Of a DNA stretch of 64,000 bases, positions 1-13,672 are shown one piece after another. The stretch is from Kudoa neothunni. Lineage: Eukaryota > Animalia > Cnidaria. Position numbers and translations under genes: made by a program. How positions within the stretch are numbered: position 1 is the first letter of the stretch; each line of letters opens with the position of its first letter. Below the pieces are notes generated by a model. That model was not told the DNA's origin. It did not search any database and worked only from the letters and a program-made list of their open reading frames with translations. The stretch covers positions 7,334,035-7,398,034 of the forward strand of contig OZ199838.1 in NCBI GenBank assembly GCA_964304625.1, read 5' to 3'.

Positions 1-540
1 TTATTTTCAAAAAGAAATTTCCGTCTTCGTCTATTCCACCCACCATCCAATACTGTTGATTTCGAAGAATTCTTCCAACATTGAACTTCCTTTTTGATAT
101 GGCGGTCTCATCTATTTGTACTACAACACCCTTCCCGCCTATTTTAGAAAATTCCTCATCTAGTTTAGATGCCATAAAATCTGTAATGACGTTTTTCCAA
201 TCATTTATGGTGGAGTTTGAAGAAAATTTAGTGTGTTTACGAATATCATCGTACGTCATTGTTGGATGTTGGATTACCGTTATTATAAAAATAAAAATTT
301 TCCACAAAAAAGTCGAGAAATTTGAAAAATAGTTCCTTTTCGTATCGACGTTTTTTTGTTGCATGAAATACATTTGTATTGATAACCATCATCAGCGTCT
401 TTTCTCTTAACTAGAAACATTTGACCGCCACAAAAACATTTTGAATAACTCTTCATAAGACCCATATTTTGCATTGTTTTTATTGTGTATTCAAGGTCAT
501 CGCGAAAATAACCATGATCCAAGTTTGTAATCTCATCAAT
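1..540 (-). mobile_element. Merlin (ISXO2/IS1595-like DDE) transposase remnant, frameshifted, running off the window start
   Basis: ORF 283-522 has an N-terminal zinc ribbon (CFC...DGYQYKCISC..KTSIRKGTIF). After a frameshift the minus strand reads KIGGKGVVVQIDETAISKRKFNVGRILRNQQYWMVGGID, the ISXO2/Merlin first-Asp region. Confidence 0.8.
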
Positions 541-1362
541 ATTCTCTAACGTAAATATTTTTTTGTTTGATTACATCGTGTTAGAAAGAATCGAGACCTC
601 CCGAAAATCTCCGATTGGATGTACGGTCGGTGTAATTTAGCCAAATATTTTGCATAATGACAATTTTGCACCATAAAAAAGGATCTTATCTTAGTTTAAA
701 CCCGTTTCTTTCATTGATAAGTCCGAAACGCACGGTCATCCATTATGTTAAATTGTTTCAATGCCATAACTTGGTGACATTGGCCACAATCCCTCGTTTT
801 AGGAATCAACTCAACATGTAAATTTCTATAAATTTTTATTCCAATTTTCAAACTTACAAACAGCTTCTAGAAGCCAATCGCCAGTGAATGAGAAAGACAA
901 ACGCATATTTCCGGTCAATTCACGAAAACACGCGACTGGCGCCGAAAAGTGTCATTATACCATACTTTAGCCAAGGTTCTTCCCTATACTCTATTATTGA
1001 TCAAAAATTTCTATGCCATGTCAAACTATTCCTAGTGTCCATTTAGTTAACACCAACTTCACGTTTTACCGAAGATTATAAATCCGCCAATTATTTCGGT
1101 AAATAATCCTACGGATTAGAATGCCATTTTTTAGGCCTTGCTTATTTAAGGTGCCACGTTAGACAGCAATTTATGCCTTATCAAAAATTATTAGCTTCTA
1201 TTTATTTTCATAGTTTATAACTTGATTCGGGTGTATTAACTGCTTTAAATGAACGCGTTTAGTTCAGAGAGATATGTTAACTCCATTGCGAGTATAGCAT
1301 TAATCCACGCTACAACGCAACGAAGGTTAGTGAATATAGAGTGACATTTGAGCGAGTTAGGT

Positions 1363-2898
1363 ATGGCTGAAAATTTAGAGAACCAGGAAGAATCTCTCGA
1401 TCAAGAGATACTTGACTTTTTAGATAAATATCCTGACGATTTCTTTGATACCATCTATCCGTAGATAATTTTGTTGTTGTTATCAGTTGTTGATCATAGT
1501 TGTTTAGTTCCAGAGCTAAAAGCCTTTGTATTTACGATACTGATTTGAAAACTTTTACCATTCCCGATCCTAAGGTATGATTTTCAATATTAATCAAATA
1601 AATTATTTGTGGATCTACACGATATTTCATTATTTGCGTTAATGATTCCAATGATATGTATTTTATATTCTAGACACAAAAAGCATGTGATAATTAAAAA
1701 TTATTTATTTTTATCAAACACAAACATTATTTTTCAGTAAATTTAACGATCCACTCCAATGTCGATATCTATTCATTTATTGAGGATATAATTAAGGGGC
1801 CCGTAATTAAAAAATTTCGACCTAATCACCCAAAAAATTATCATCCAATGGAAATATTATATTTGATATTAAAAGTAAACTTGGTCATTGCATTTGGCTA
1901 TATTAATAATCATTAAAGAATCATGTTGAATTAGCGAGTCGATATCGGGAGCATGATATTCTTGAACCAATGGAATCCATGGTTGTATGTCGTTGATACT
2001 AATGTAACTTGATAAATCTCTATGTCTGTTCTAGGCTGTAGGCTTGGCTCTTTCACTTTCTCCTTCTAGCAGTCACTACAACGTAACATTTCGTTAGCTA
2101 TGCTGGTCAAATATTATATTTCCAGGTTTATCACGATTTGCTCAAAATGGGATACACCGTGGAAATAAGGCAAATAAATTATAAGAGTTTTAGAACATTT
2201 ATGGGTATTGGGAGCATAGTTGGGGGAAAGTAAAATTAAAATTGTCGCGTTAATACATATAATGCTTGGTGTGTAGGTGCACAGTGAATAACATTTCCCT
2301 TCCTGATGAAAACCTTTTAAACGTAGTTAGCGATTCTGATGAAGGGACGGAGTCTGAAGAGAGACCTCTCATCTATTCCAGACCAACAGAACAATTGTCT
2401 TCCTACGGTAGCTGCTATAAATTAGATATAGTTACCATTGGCTGCTATTTTAGAGGATTGGTGTAGAGTCTTAAGAAAAGATTTTTTTAAAAACAATAAG
2501 CGAAAAGTGGAGCAAACTAAAGAAGCAATATTACGTAAATTGAAGGGAAATTTTGATGTCCTCTATGAAGTGTACAATCCGTCCAACAAACCAACAAGAA
2601 ATAATCCAGTTGCGCCGGACTTCACTGTCGTTTGCTATAGGTAACAATTTATTTGTTTATTTATTATGGTTGTTTCATGACAATAAAAAGATGTCAAACT
2701 ACGAGAAACAGGAAAAACGAGGATTTAGATCATCTTTGGGAAATTATTGAACGTTTATGTTATTTTTACAAACAAAAGATTGTAATGGCTTTGATAAACT
2801 CGACAGGCATGGCTCAATATATCCACATAAATGAGAGTGAGACCCCGATTCCAGGCGCAAAAAATTTTCTTTCAATTAAAAGTAAAATTCAATTCTAA
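1363..2898 (+). CDS. TSEN54: tRNA-splicing endonuclease subunit Sen54-like, multi-exon; start and internal exon boundaries approximate
   Basis: Hand-spliced pieces show Sen54-like motifs in the expected order: SRAKSLCIYDTDLKTFTIPDPK, ILEPMESMV (cf. LLPEEALYL), VYHDLLKMGYTV (exon at 2126; cf. VYSHLKRLGYVV), VLYEVYNPSNKPTRNNPVAPDFTVV and KIVMALINSTGMAQYIHI. Stop TAA at 2896-2898. Confidence 0.6.
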
Positions 2899-5800
2899 AC
2901 TACAAAAGAATATTGATTTTGGTCGATACGCACGGTTATATGTCTTGAATCACTCCACTCGAAAGAAGGAACACACTCAAGGAGTTTATTGTTTCCCTCA
3001 GGAATGGTGATTAGATAGTTGTTGTGCTGCTTGAATGGATTGTTGATGAGACCGATGATAGAAAATTGTGACTAAAAGTAAGTGTTGATTAGAATTATAG
3101 ATCGAAAACCAAATTCTATGTATAATTTATGTTTGTATGTAGAAATACTTGCCATGTTTTCAAGTTACAATCCACCTTTGAAAATGACACCAAATACTTA
3201 CCATCGGGTGAAAATGATACAAAGCTAATTTCCGAATCATGTGCGGGAAACACAGTCAATTTTAAACTTCGCACATCATATAAACCTATTTTTCCTTGTG
3301 TTGTTCCTACAGCTAATTTTTTCATGGCTTCATTGTAGTTTACCATTGGGCATCTATAGCTGAGTTAGCATTTGAAGCCAAGAAACAAACAAAATTAATA
3401 CGAAAACATTTTTGATCGTTGATAAAGTTCGGTTGGTTTGTCTTTAAAAACCTTAGGACTTAAGCACTGTAGCACAATATCGAATATCTCTATCAAATAA
3501 GGGCAGATTTCAGTGTAACACACATCAAATATATGATTCATCATTTTGAATAGTTGCTTCTTAAAGATAGCTCCGATATTTAAGACATTAAGAGTATTGG
3601 TTTCGGTAGACACTGAAAAATCGTTCAAATAGTTATTAGGGAGACCGGCGGGTGTCTGTTGTTGTTGCTGGGATATTTTTTTGTTGTAACTATTCACATA
3701 CACATTATACATGTGGAGCGCAGTGGTTGAGCTGACTGAAATATTAGAAAGAAGATTGCTATTGGAGACATTGCGAATTATGTCAGCCTCAACACTGCTC
3801 AAAAGTTTGACAGGATTATGTGCAGCAATAGTGTTGAGAGTTTCTTGAGTGGCAGACCAAGTGTCCAACGCCTTGGTGTATTCGATTTTTGATGCTCTTG
3901 GTTGCTTCGAGCTATGATATTTCATAATAATTTCCAATGTGACAGAAACATCCAACAATGTTGCTAGCAGTTTTGTTAGGTCGATGTGTTGAGAAAACAG
4001 TTGAAAACCTCTCCCAATAAGCCAAATACTGGATCTTTTGGACGGTGTTGGGTAGTGAACCTTTTGATTGGGGCCAAGCGTTATACTCTCCATCAAAAGT
4101 CTAGTTATTGTATGAAGTTTTGACTCTGGTAACACATCAGAAACTAAAATTTAAAAAATATTAAAAACCACATAAAAAAGATATTGTTACTTGATCTCAA
4201 GTTAAAAGTGGAGTTATTTTGGGAGACATAAAGTTCGCATAAAATAAAACTAATCATATACAGAGCTAATGTAGCGCGATGATGCACAGGAGTAGGCCAA
4301 TAACCATACGATCCACCGGACTCAATAACAAGTGAATTCTGTATACCAGGATAACTAATTGGGATCTGATCACTAGTGCCACTGGTGTACATATTATCAT
4401 AGAACGAAATATTATCAGGTAGGAAATAGCTCCACGCAAGAATCAAATTGGATACATATTTGATCCCAAGACGAGTTAATTCAGACAACAAAATTGAGCG
4501 ACTTGCTTCTCGAATATTGGAATTAAAAGAGAGCCAATGACGGATTAGTTCGTGAAGAATAACCCCCCTGAAATGGAATTGTTTACATTCGAAACTACGT
4601 GTGTTGATAGTAAAACAATAGAAATTGGCTAGACTACTCCAGTAACTTTTGATTGTGGTTATCAGGTCACTAGAATCGGATGATATAGTCTTTTTTTGGA
4701 AACGCGATTTTTCACATATGGATAAGTTGGAGGTGGCGGTTGTGGCCTCACCAGGAACCAAAGATGATATATTACCTATGGCGCACACCTGGCTAGATTC
4801 AACTCCAGCAAATTCGTTTCTTCCATCGATAGACGATTGGTTCAAGTTTAGTTGAGTTTGTACGGTACGTAACATGTCAATGTTAGAACTGCTAAAAATG
4901 TAATCCATCACAAACGAAGACTCAGCCCCAAGTATAGCATTCGCGATCGAAACAATCGTAACTATATGTTGAGTGAGCATCGTTTTCGAGCTATTCCAGT
5001 GTCTGATTACACTTTGTTGTATGTCGTCACTGCCACTACTGCTGGGTTCAGTTGGTGCTGCCGGAGGTTCCTCACTGCTGGTGTTGATAGTAGCACCAGC
5101 TAAATCTGTTGATGAATGAGGTAACGGCAACTGAGCCACTAGCTTCCCATGGGAAATAAGACCAAAACAAAACGCTTTTTGTGGATAATTCAACAGTAGT
5201 CTTTCCTCACACATCTTATCCAATTTTTTATCAAGTCCCCATGCGGACAGTGCTGAAATAAGAATCTTTATCGTTTGCCTTATCATTTTCGATTGGTAAT
5301 AGGCATGCTTTGTCAGATATTTAGAGTAGTCACAAATGTTGTTTGGAGGGGCTACTGCCAAACCAAGATATTTGAAACAAGAACTCATTCTTGAATTTTT
5401 TAGTGAATCAGTAGGTTGGTCGCTATCATTACCCGCTGAAGATATATTATGAGAAATGCTTGGATAGTTGACCGAAAGATTTATTGCTGATACTGGCCTT
5501 GTCTGAGACTGCACTTCCTCAGCAGATCCTGAAGCAGCAATAGGAGATTTTTTTAGGTATCCAACTCTAAGATTCTTTATGGACTTTAACGTTTCTTCCA
5601 AATAGTTGATAGTTCTAATGATGGCATCTGGATCAAAAAGTAGTACATGTATATCATCATTATGATAGCTGGTTCTAGCAGAAATGATATTGAAGGGAAG
5701 ATACTGATTCGTGGTGTGGCTGACATTCTCAATCAGTGAATTGTCCACTCGGTTAGCAAAATAGTCATCGTTCAACTCAGAATTCGAATAATTCAATCCT

Positions 5801-8800
5801 ACAGTAGATGACGACTGCAGGTTGGTCAGCGGCTGACTAGCCATATTGAGAGTGGTAGTGGCTTTATCAAATGTTCGAGAGTCACTCCTTGAAACAGTTG
5901 GTTTGGACGAAGTAGAATGAATAATGCCACTATTTGAAATGTTTTTCGCTTCAGCATCTTTCAGAGAACGCTCAGATTTATGGGTCAATTTATTGATACT
6001 ACTGAATGACTTCATTTTAAATGAACGCCTCTTCAATTTGCTTTTCTTTAGACTTAACAGATTTATGTGATGATTCGAGTGTAGGTGATGCCTGTGAAAA
6101 CGCAACTGATGCATCTGGTCGTTTTTCCCAGAATTTTGATTTTTTCCAAACTTCATAGCTATCGATGATGCGACTCGAGATATTTTTCTTTCGCTCGAAC
6201 GAGTTTTGTCATTAGAATTCACGTTCATTGAGCTTGAAGATATGCTTGGTGAATGGGTTACTTCGGTTATGTCATAAAATTCTTCCAATATTTCTAAAGC
6301 CAATCCACCACTAATACATCTGTCTAGCTTACCTACATATAAATATATTAAATCAATTTTCCTTTATTCATCCAGAGAATAATTTTAAACAAATGCTATA
6401 AAATATCTAGATATAAATTGGGCTTTCCCACACATTTCAAATTTGTGTACACTAATGAATTCCTGTAAAATAGTTTCAGCCGAGTTAGATAAAAAATGGC
6501 CATATTTATTATAAAAAAGAAATTAATTATATTTTTTATTTTATCAGTTGCATAACTATTTATATTATTATACGGTTAAATGTTTCCTATTTTAAAAAAT
6601 CTGAAATAATTATAGCATTATAAAATCTAGAATCACTTATAATTTTTAAGTTATTTTAACCCTCTAAATGATTTCATGATGTATTACACCCCAAACATGA
6701 TTTTAACTAAATATAACACTTTTCATGTTATTTGTACACATCAAAACTCATATTATTCTTGAAGATTATTTTGAAATTTCATTTTTGTAAATTTAAGTAA
6801 AAAATAAATTACATAAGATCATTCAAAAAATATTACCTTCCAACGATTTTTAAGCATAATACGTCCAATTTTTTTTATATTTATGATAGAAGTGTTATCA
6901 CATGCGATCGGTTTTAAAAAATCTTAATAGATTTAAATTTATTTCAATCCTAAAGTTGGAAAATTTAGTTTGCACATGCTTTGTTTTAATAATGATGGGC
7001 ATTTCGGAGGATTACAATAGTGAAATCTAGTCATCTGATAAGGAATTGGATGAATATTTTTCGGATATTCTGAAAAGTTGGATGAATCCATCCAAGCCAA
7101 TTTCATTGAGGGGTCATTGAAAAGTAACTTTGATTGAAAATGTTATGAATCACCGCCTTGGATCAACGACTTCTTGTTATCAGAGAATTTAATGCATTCC
7201 GATTTTTTCATCTTCTGAAAAAATATTTGTCGTGAAATAATAAAATATTCCAATTTATTCAAGAAAAAATTTTATAATGTGCATTAGCCAGATATTGACG
7301 AAATTGAATTCACCGGCTTCCTAGGAATTTTGATCTTAACCCTCCCGGGACGATGCGGGGTATTTCGGGGCCCCAATTTTCGCATTTATAAATTTTATCA
7401 TAGAAATTCGATTTTCATTGAACCCATATTATACGAATTCTCCGCTTAAGTACTAAAGTTTTTGTATGAACTAAAATTTGGCTTTAAATTTTGTTATTTA
7501 CAAGATTTTTGTGTTTAGCTTGTGGCAAAAAATTTATCCATTAAAACCTAATATTTAACATTATTTCAATAAAGTTTGATTCATAATTATATAATATAAC
7601 AAAAAATGTTTAAAATATATATATATATATATATAAGAAGAAAATTAGTCATATTGATGTTCAATCAAATTGGCTCCAATGTGGTTGAGGGATTAAGAAT
7701 GAGATTAACAAAATTCAAATTAAAGCTGATTAAATTGACGACTAAATGTTACTATTGTGTAGAAATGATATAAGGAAATCCGCGATACGTTCATTACAGG
7801 AGGTTACATCACTATGTTTCCAAAAGTTACTCTGGGAGGACGGCCAAACGTCCCAAATCGGAGCCTCGTAGGTGATCGTGGAACGCGCCCCTTCTACTGT
7901 ATAAACTCAACTTGGATTGAATTATCCAATGACAACTTTTTGTTTTCTTGCATATTGTTTTTATTTGTATAGCTATTGCGAAAGTAACAATTATTGTCTG
8001 TATTTAATTTTAATATAATTGAATTCTGAAGATAATGTCGAGCGATGATTCTGATTACCTCATTAGTGATCAAATAGAAAATGAAGACTATGACAGTGAT
8101 TTTGATTTTGAGGGTTCCATCTCAGATAATTCATATAAAAGTATTGAATCTTTTGAGTCATCAGATGATTTTTTAGATTTGTCTGACGATTCTAATGTCA
8201 TCTCTACTGCAAAGCCTGGATTCGAATGGAATTTTACTTAAAATTGTAGGACCAAAACTAGGTTCCACAACAACGTCGACAACATAATCTTGATTTTAGA
8301 CTCTTTTACCTTATTCTTTTCCGACGAGGTGTCGGAAAAGATTGTGTATTTTACAAATAAATACAACTTGAGTAACCCCAGATATTCAAGTGCAACATTG
8401 ATTTCCATTGATGAACCTCGCGCTTATATAGGGATATTAATTGCACCAGACAGATGTAACTGGAAAAAAACTATCGTTGAAACAGATTTGGGATAGTAAT
8501 CCACTGTTTAGACAATCTTTTTTTCCGTTGCACTGTCACGAGATAGATTTATTTTTATTTATCGAACCTTAAAGTTCGATGATAAATTAAATCGACCAGA
8601 AAGAATCCGTATTTCAGGTGATAGGCTCTAAACTATTCGTGAGATTTTCATCCTGATAAACGATTCCTTTCGCAAAAATTATTCACCCGACTCTTACATT
8701 ACGGTGAATGAAAGAATGATCGGGTTTAGAGGTAATTGTTATTTTAGAATGTATATGGAAGGAAAACCAGATAGATATGATATGAAATTATGGATTGCGG

Positions 8801-11800
8801 CAGATGTGAAGATTCCTTATATTTTATATATCCAGCTTTATCTGGGGAAAGTCAGAGGCACGAGAGATATTAAACAAGGGGAGAGAGTTGTAAAGGCATT
8901 GTTACAACCCTATTTTGGAACGCGTATAGGTCTCACTACCGATAATTTCTTTATCTCTATTCCATTAGCAATGTTTTTATTAGAGAAAAATATAACTATT
9001 ACTGATATGCTGAGGCGATATAACAGGTATATTCCACCAAAAATCATAGACATTAAAAGGAGTGAAAAATTTTCTTCCGTTTTTGTTTTTCGGATAACAT
9101 CACATTGGTATCATACTTTCCAAAAAAATAGAAATATTCTGTTACTTTCAATCGAACACAACGATTCTGCCGTAGAAAGAGAAGGGAGAAAAAGGCCCGA
9201 AATAATAACTCATTATAATAAGACTAAGGAAGATGTGAATAACGGAGACCGTATGACCAAAATATATAGTTGTGCTAGTACAATTAGAAGACGGTCTCTA
9301 CGTTTCCTTTTTGAACTAATTGATATTGCGGCTTTGAATGCGTGTATCATATACACCACAAAGTCCCCTGATTTGAGGAAAACAGATCGCAGTGGTCGAC
9401 AATATTACCTTAGGGAGTTAGCAACAGAGTTAATTACCCCGAATGTTGATAATAGAAAGAAGGCGTTACCAGCCTTACACAGCTATCATAAAGAAACCTT
9501 TAGAATCTTTGATGAATATGTTGGTATCAATACAAACAATGATTCAACTTTACAATTAAATATTACAAAAAATCGATGCCATTTCTACCCCAGAAAGAAA
9601 GACAGGAAAACCAAAATTCATTGTTCGAATTGTAACAAACCCATACGCATAACTCATAAATTCAGTAAAAATTTATCTTTGTCTATTGTGTGTTGATGAA
9701 AACTCTGATTGATTTTGGATATATTTCATTGTTTAAATTTATGATATTTTGTTCGCATTAAAAATTGGATATATCTATCCAGCGCCATGATTTCGTATTT
9801 GAATACTTGTTTTCTAATCTCATAAAACCTTATTTTATATGTATTTAATCGTAATTATTATATTGAGTCCACATTTACTTTGGAAAATTTATTACATTTA
9901 TTCCTATTACCTTGTTTAATGTGATTTAGTTCAAATAGTTTTAAATTAAAATAATAGTCAAAGATTACGTTTTTATCTATATTTTAAACCGAATATTTTA
10001 TTTTTAAAAGAAGAATAAACTGTTTATTTATAGGCACAAGAATGTACTTAAAATTAATCCCCACCGTACAAAATGTTATCGGTGCTTTCCGGAGCTAGTG
10101 ATTAAGCAGCTAATTCGGGTGACTCCAATGATTTGTAGAACTTTCTTTATAGAATTTGCCGTTACCGTTTATATCGACATTAAACCTAAAAATATGGTAA
10201 TGTTCACATTTTGGACTGATATTAGATCGAGTCTTGATTTAATGTGTTAATTTTCTGTTTTGAGGGTTTATCAAATTTTTTTCAAAACACAAAAATGTTT
10301 GAAAATTTTTATATGGCAGTTAAGAAGCAATAGATTGAGTTGATTATAAGTTCCAGTTTTTAAGCATTTACTCTTAAAAAATCATCGAAAATTTCTGGGC
10401 CCAAAGTACCCCCGCCGTCCCCCGGGGGATTTTTTTTACCACCATCAACCCTCGGAGGGTTGATGGTGGTAAAAAAAGTAGGGAGGGATCTCTTTATGAA
10501 CTTTTTAATGTAGTTGAAAGTTGAGAAATTTATTGTTAGCCTATTTTGCAATAAAAATTCAAGGAAGTGTCAAGGTCTTTCATTTTAAAAATAACTAACC
10601 AATTCAATATCAAAATATGAGTATAATCAATATCAATCACATTGTGAAATGGTGGTGAAAGCTAGATATTAACTCTTCCATTAGTGGTGAATTTTAGCTG
10701 AAGTATTTTTTCATTAAAAGTAAAATAATTTAATGGCGGCAAGGAAACGCTAAATATACCCGTGCTAAGTTGCCATATGTAAATGACCCCATCGCCACAT
10801 CCGAGTAACATAAGATCCTCATCCATTCTCCACTTTACAATTTGAACAGGAGAGTTGTTGGAGTTTGCCTGTACAATGTGTTTGCCGCTGTCAATATTGA
10901 TAACATTTACAGTGTGATCACTACCAATGGTGACGATTGAAGAACCGATGACACTACTTGAGTTGACAGGGACAGGCAGGATTTTGGTAATAACACCAGC
11001 ATGATAGCAGAAACAGGCGAGTTGAGTGAGAGTGATGATATTCCAAAGTCGTACAGTGAAATCAGCTGATCCACTGAGAAGATGTTGAGGTTGGTAATGG
11101 TCGTTTTCATCGTATGGATAGAAGAGGTAGGTGATTTTTTTGGTATGTCCGTAGAGATTGCAATATTCGCTTTCCTCATAGTCTGTGTCAGTAATGGTGG
11201 TGGTAGTTGCGTCCGAACGTAAAAACTCGAAACAAAGTGCATGTAGAGCAGGTATTAATGTGATATTGCCGTTGGTTCGACCAGCAGCGATAAATCCGGT
11301 TTCCGTTAAGAAAATTGAACAGCACACAGGGTTCTTATCGGTGTTGTCCTAATACGAACAAAAACGTCACGCTAAAATTTTTACACTACATTATTATACG
11401 ATTTTGTTGATTATATTCGGCGGCTGAGATTTGTTAAATGTGTCACTTAATCCAGTCACATATGTGGCTTCCATGTGAACCACATGGTCGTCCAGTATTT
11501 TTGGATAGTCTTCTCCGAAGCCCTCTTCATCGAATATTTCGCACATTTCATGGATTTGGTCGCACCAAAGCGAAACATGTTTGTTGAGGTCTTCCAGAAG
11601 GGGCAATCTCCAAAAAGTGATTCGCCCGCCAATACAGCCTTGAAAAATGACAGAGAAATTCATATTCGGGCGTGATTTGTTAAGCATGGTGACAGACAAT
11701 CCAGTTTCTCGTCGCTTAATCCAAAATATAAATCCCAACAAATAATCACCTAAATTGATCACATACGTCAGTGTGAAAAATGGCATATAAAAGTGGCGAT

Positions 11801-13378
11801 TCAAATACACTTCGACAACTACAAAAATTGATCAAACAATAAAAAACAACCCTCTAAAAGTGTACTCGTCATTGGATATAGCAAACAAATAACAGGTGCC
11901 AGACTAGATAGGAAAAATGAGCATTAATAAAGAAATGACAACGATTATTAATCGCCGAATACCTTATCCCACAAAATAACCATATTGTTTTCGAGGAAAT
12001 CTCCTCCAGCCCAACTTTGCTGTAGTTGCACAGGCGTAGAGATAAGTCTCACAATTTTAGTACTGTCATATATCTAAAAGATCTCAATATTACAATTGAC
12101 ATTTTTAGCAAAAACCGTAAATATGAGCTAAAATTTATCCGGATTAACTTTATTAATAACTGTATCATGCATCAGATTGAAAATTTGATATCAATATACT
12201 AATATAATACGATAAAAATTGTTATATCTAAGTATGATGATAGAAAGTGGAAATTAACCTTATAGTTATAATTACTGCGGAAATTACTCCGGATTAATTT
12301 TTGCAAAAGTTAATGTCAATTCAAAAACAATATTACAAAAAATTGTTTAGAAGTGACCAATAGAAAGTGTTTGTTTGAGGTGAGATTGGGCACAATTTGC
12401 CTGACAATGCAATCAGGCTGCAATGCCAAATTGTACTGGTAAGAATCTTTAATCACCGAAAATTTGCTACTCTATAAACAGAACAAAAAAAAATTTGACA
12501 AGCAAAGACAACTTTGAGGTTACTCGTCTAAAGGCTTCACACATATCCCACGTTTTAATTACACCGGAGTACGTGACCGCCATTAGATTATCTAATAAGA
12601 GGCGCGTTAAAACATAATTACATATTCATTGAAAATGAAACACCAATAATAGAAAAACAGTACTTGACGCAGGGAAAAAACACACAGTGGATATAAAGTT
12701 TGGCCAAGGACAATTCTGTTTCAATGTGAATAACATCTACACAATAGATAGTATCATCGAATAACAACATCGGCCATTTACTTCTAGTGAAAATGGGTCG
12801 AAAATTTGCATTTCAGGATGGGTTCCATAACAAATAATGAGCGATTGTCTTCGAACATCAGCGTTGTGTCCATATATAGCCTAAAATCGACAGTATACAT
12901 TGAAATAATGTGACCAATGCCAAATCACATATATTTTGTTGAATTTGGAGTTGACGAGTGTGGTGTTTAGACAGCATCCATTTTCAGAATTCCATAAACA
13001 CAGCTCACTTCCATCACAAAAATTTCACATTATCAAAAAGTAAGCGAAACAGTATGTTGCATACCCCGAATTGGACAAACTGACCAACCCCGAAAGTATA
13101 CCCATTCGCAAATTCGACAACAAACATATGTCATCTATTGAGCAGCTGTGGGCGAAAATAATACAAAATGGTTGAATCTATCAGCCAGTTAATAAACATG
13201 TCAAAATATTCTCGCATACAGAATAGGTATCATGTGGTTGATCGTAGATAACGTCCCAACAACCGATTTGACCTTCAATCGAACCAGTCATTATTCTTGA
13301 ATTGTTGTAACATCTTGCTATGCATGTGATGCTGTGAGATGGAGGGTTTTTACCCCACAGAATAAGCGGAATCTTCAT
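2895..13378 (-). CDS. WDR7: WD repeat protein 7 / Rabconnectin-3 beta, multi-exon
   Basis: N-terminus MKIPLILWGKNPPSHSITC...TGSIEGQIGCWD matches WDR7 (LPIVLWGRKAPTHCIS). WD exons contain LLSGSADFTVRLWNI. The junction WQLSTG|KLDRCISG joins 10760 to 6332 across a 4427-nt intron. C-terminal WD repeats (3116-3346) and a last exon ending FEWSDSRHITVRIDQNQYSFVV* (cf. ...EHRFMV*), stop at 2895-2897. Confidence 0.92.
7340..10459 (+). mobile_element. piggyBac transposon (PGBD4-like), non-functional
   Basis: Left end TTAA|CCCTCCCGGGACGATGCGGGGTATTTCGGGGCCCC; degenerate inverted copy at 10397-10459 ending GGAGGG|TTGA; encloses the transposase pseudogene. Confidence 0.85.
8035..9696 (+). pseudogene. piggyBac transposase pseudogene
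   Basis: ORF pieces 8035-8241, 8290-8496 and 8704-9696 contain the acidic N-terminus, TDNFF, RPEIITHYNKTK and a C-terminal Cys-rich RCHFYPRKKDRKTKIHCSNCNKPI. There are stops and frameshifts, and catalytic VDE is mutated to VNE and GGVD to EDVN. Confidence 0.9.
10431..10477. repeat. Perfect 23-bp-arm palindrome with 1-nt loop at the piggyBac right terminus
   Basis: TTTTTTTACCACCATCAACCCTC-G-GAGGGTTGATGGTGGTAAAAAAA. Confidence 0.95.
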
Positions 13379-13672
13379 TATTGACTGAATGTAGAAGGTG
13401 GCGTTTCAACCAATTGTTCAATTGGCTAAAACGATTTTTAAATATTCAATTGCTATATCACATCAAAAAAATTCCAGTACAATTATGTCAAATGGTGCGT
13501 AAAGACGTGAATGTAGATTTAATACAATACGCAAACTTGATACGGCCGATCGATCGATTGAGCAGATTAGATATCTTGATACTTACAATTCTATAACACT
13601 AACATTAAACAAAATCCTTCAACCCTAACATTCAATATATAACAATTTGATATTAGAATATTCATATGTAAA
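13379..13672. promoter_or_regulatory. Probable compact bidirectional promoter between WDR7 and the CCDC28-like gene; includes a probable WDR7 5'UTR intron (13385-13586)
   Basis: Head-to-head genes ~295 bp apart. Minus-strand GTAAGT donor at 13586 and CTACATTCAG acceptor 6 nt before the WDR7 ATG. Confidence 0.45.

Larger units (their letters stand above)
6660..10590 (+). mobile_element. Older degraded piggyBac element in the WDR7 intron, interrupted by the 7340 element; right end not defined
   Basis: TTAA|CCCTCT at 6656-6665 followed by an acidic N-terminal remnant. DIDEIEFTGFLGILIL ends at the TTAA at 7336-7339 and resumes after ~10463 as GGKKSREGSLYELF, a PGBD-type motif. Confidence 0.6.

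Noticed and set aside
710-830. Minus-strand CGQC..M.L fragment resembling a second Merlin zinc ribbon
   Set aside because: Under 40 codons, ends in a stop, and has no termini or catalytic motifs; too weak to call.
2170-2276. Apparent GC-AG intron in the TSEN54-like gene
   Set aside because: A downstream canonical GT donor (~2230) gives the same phase with a normal-sized intron.
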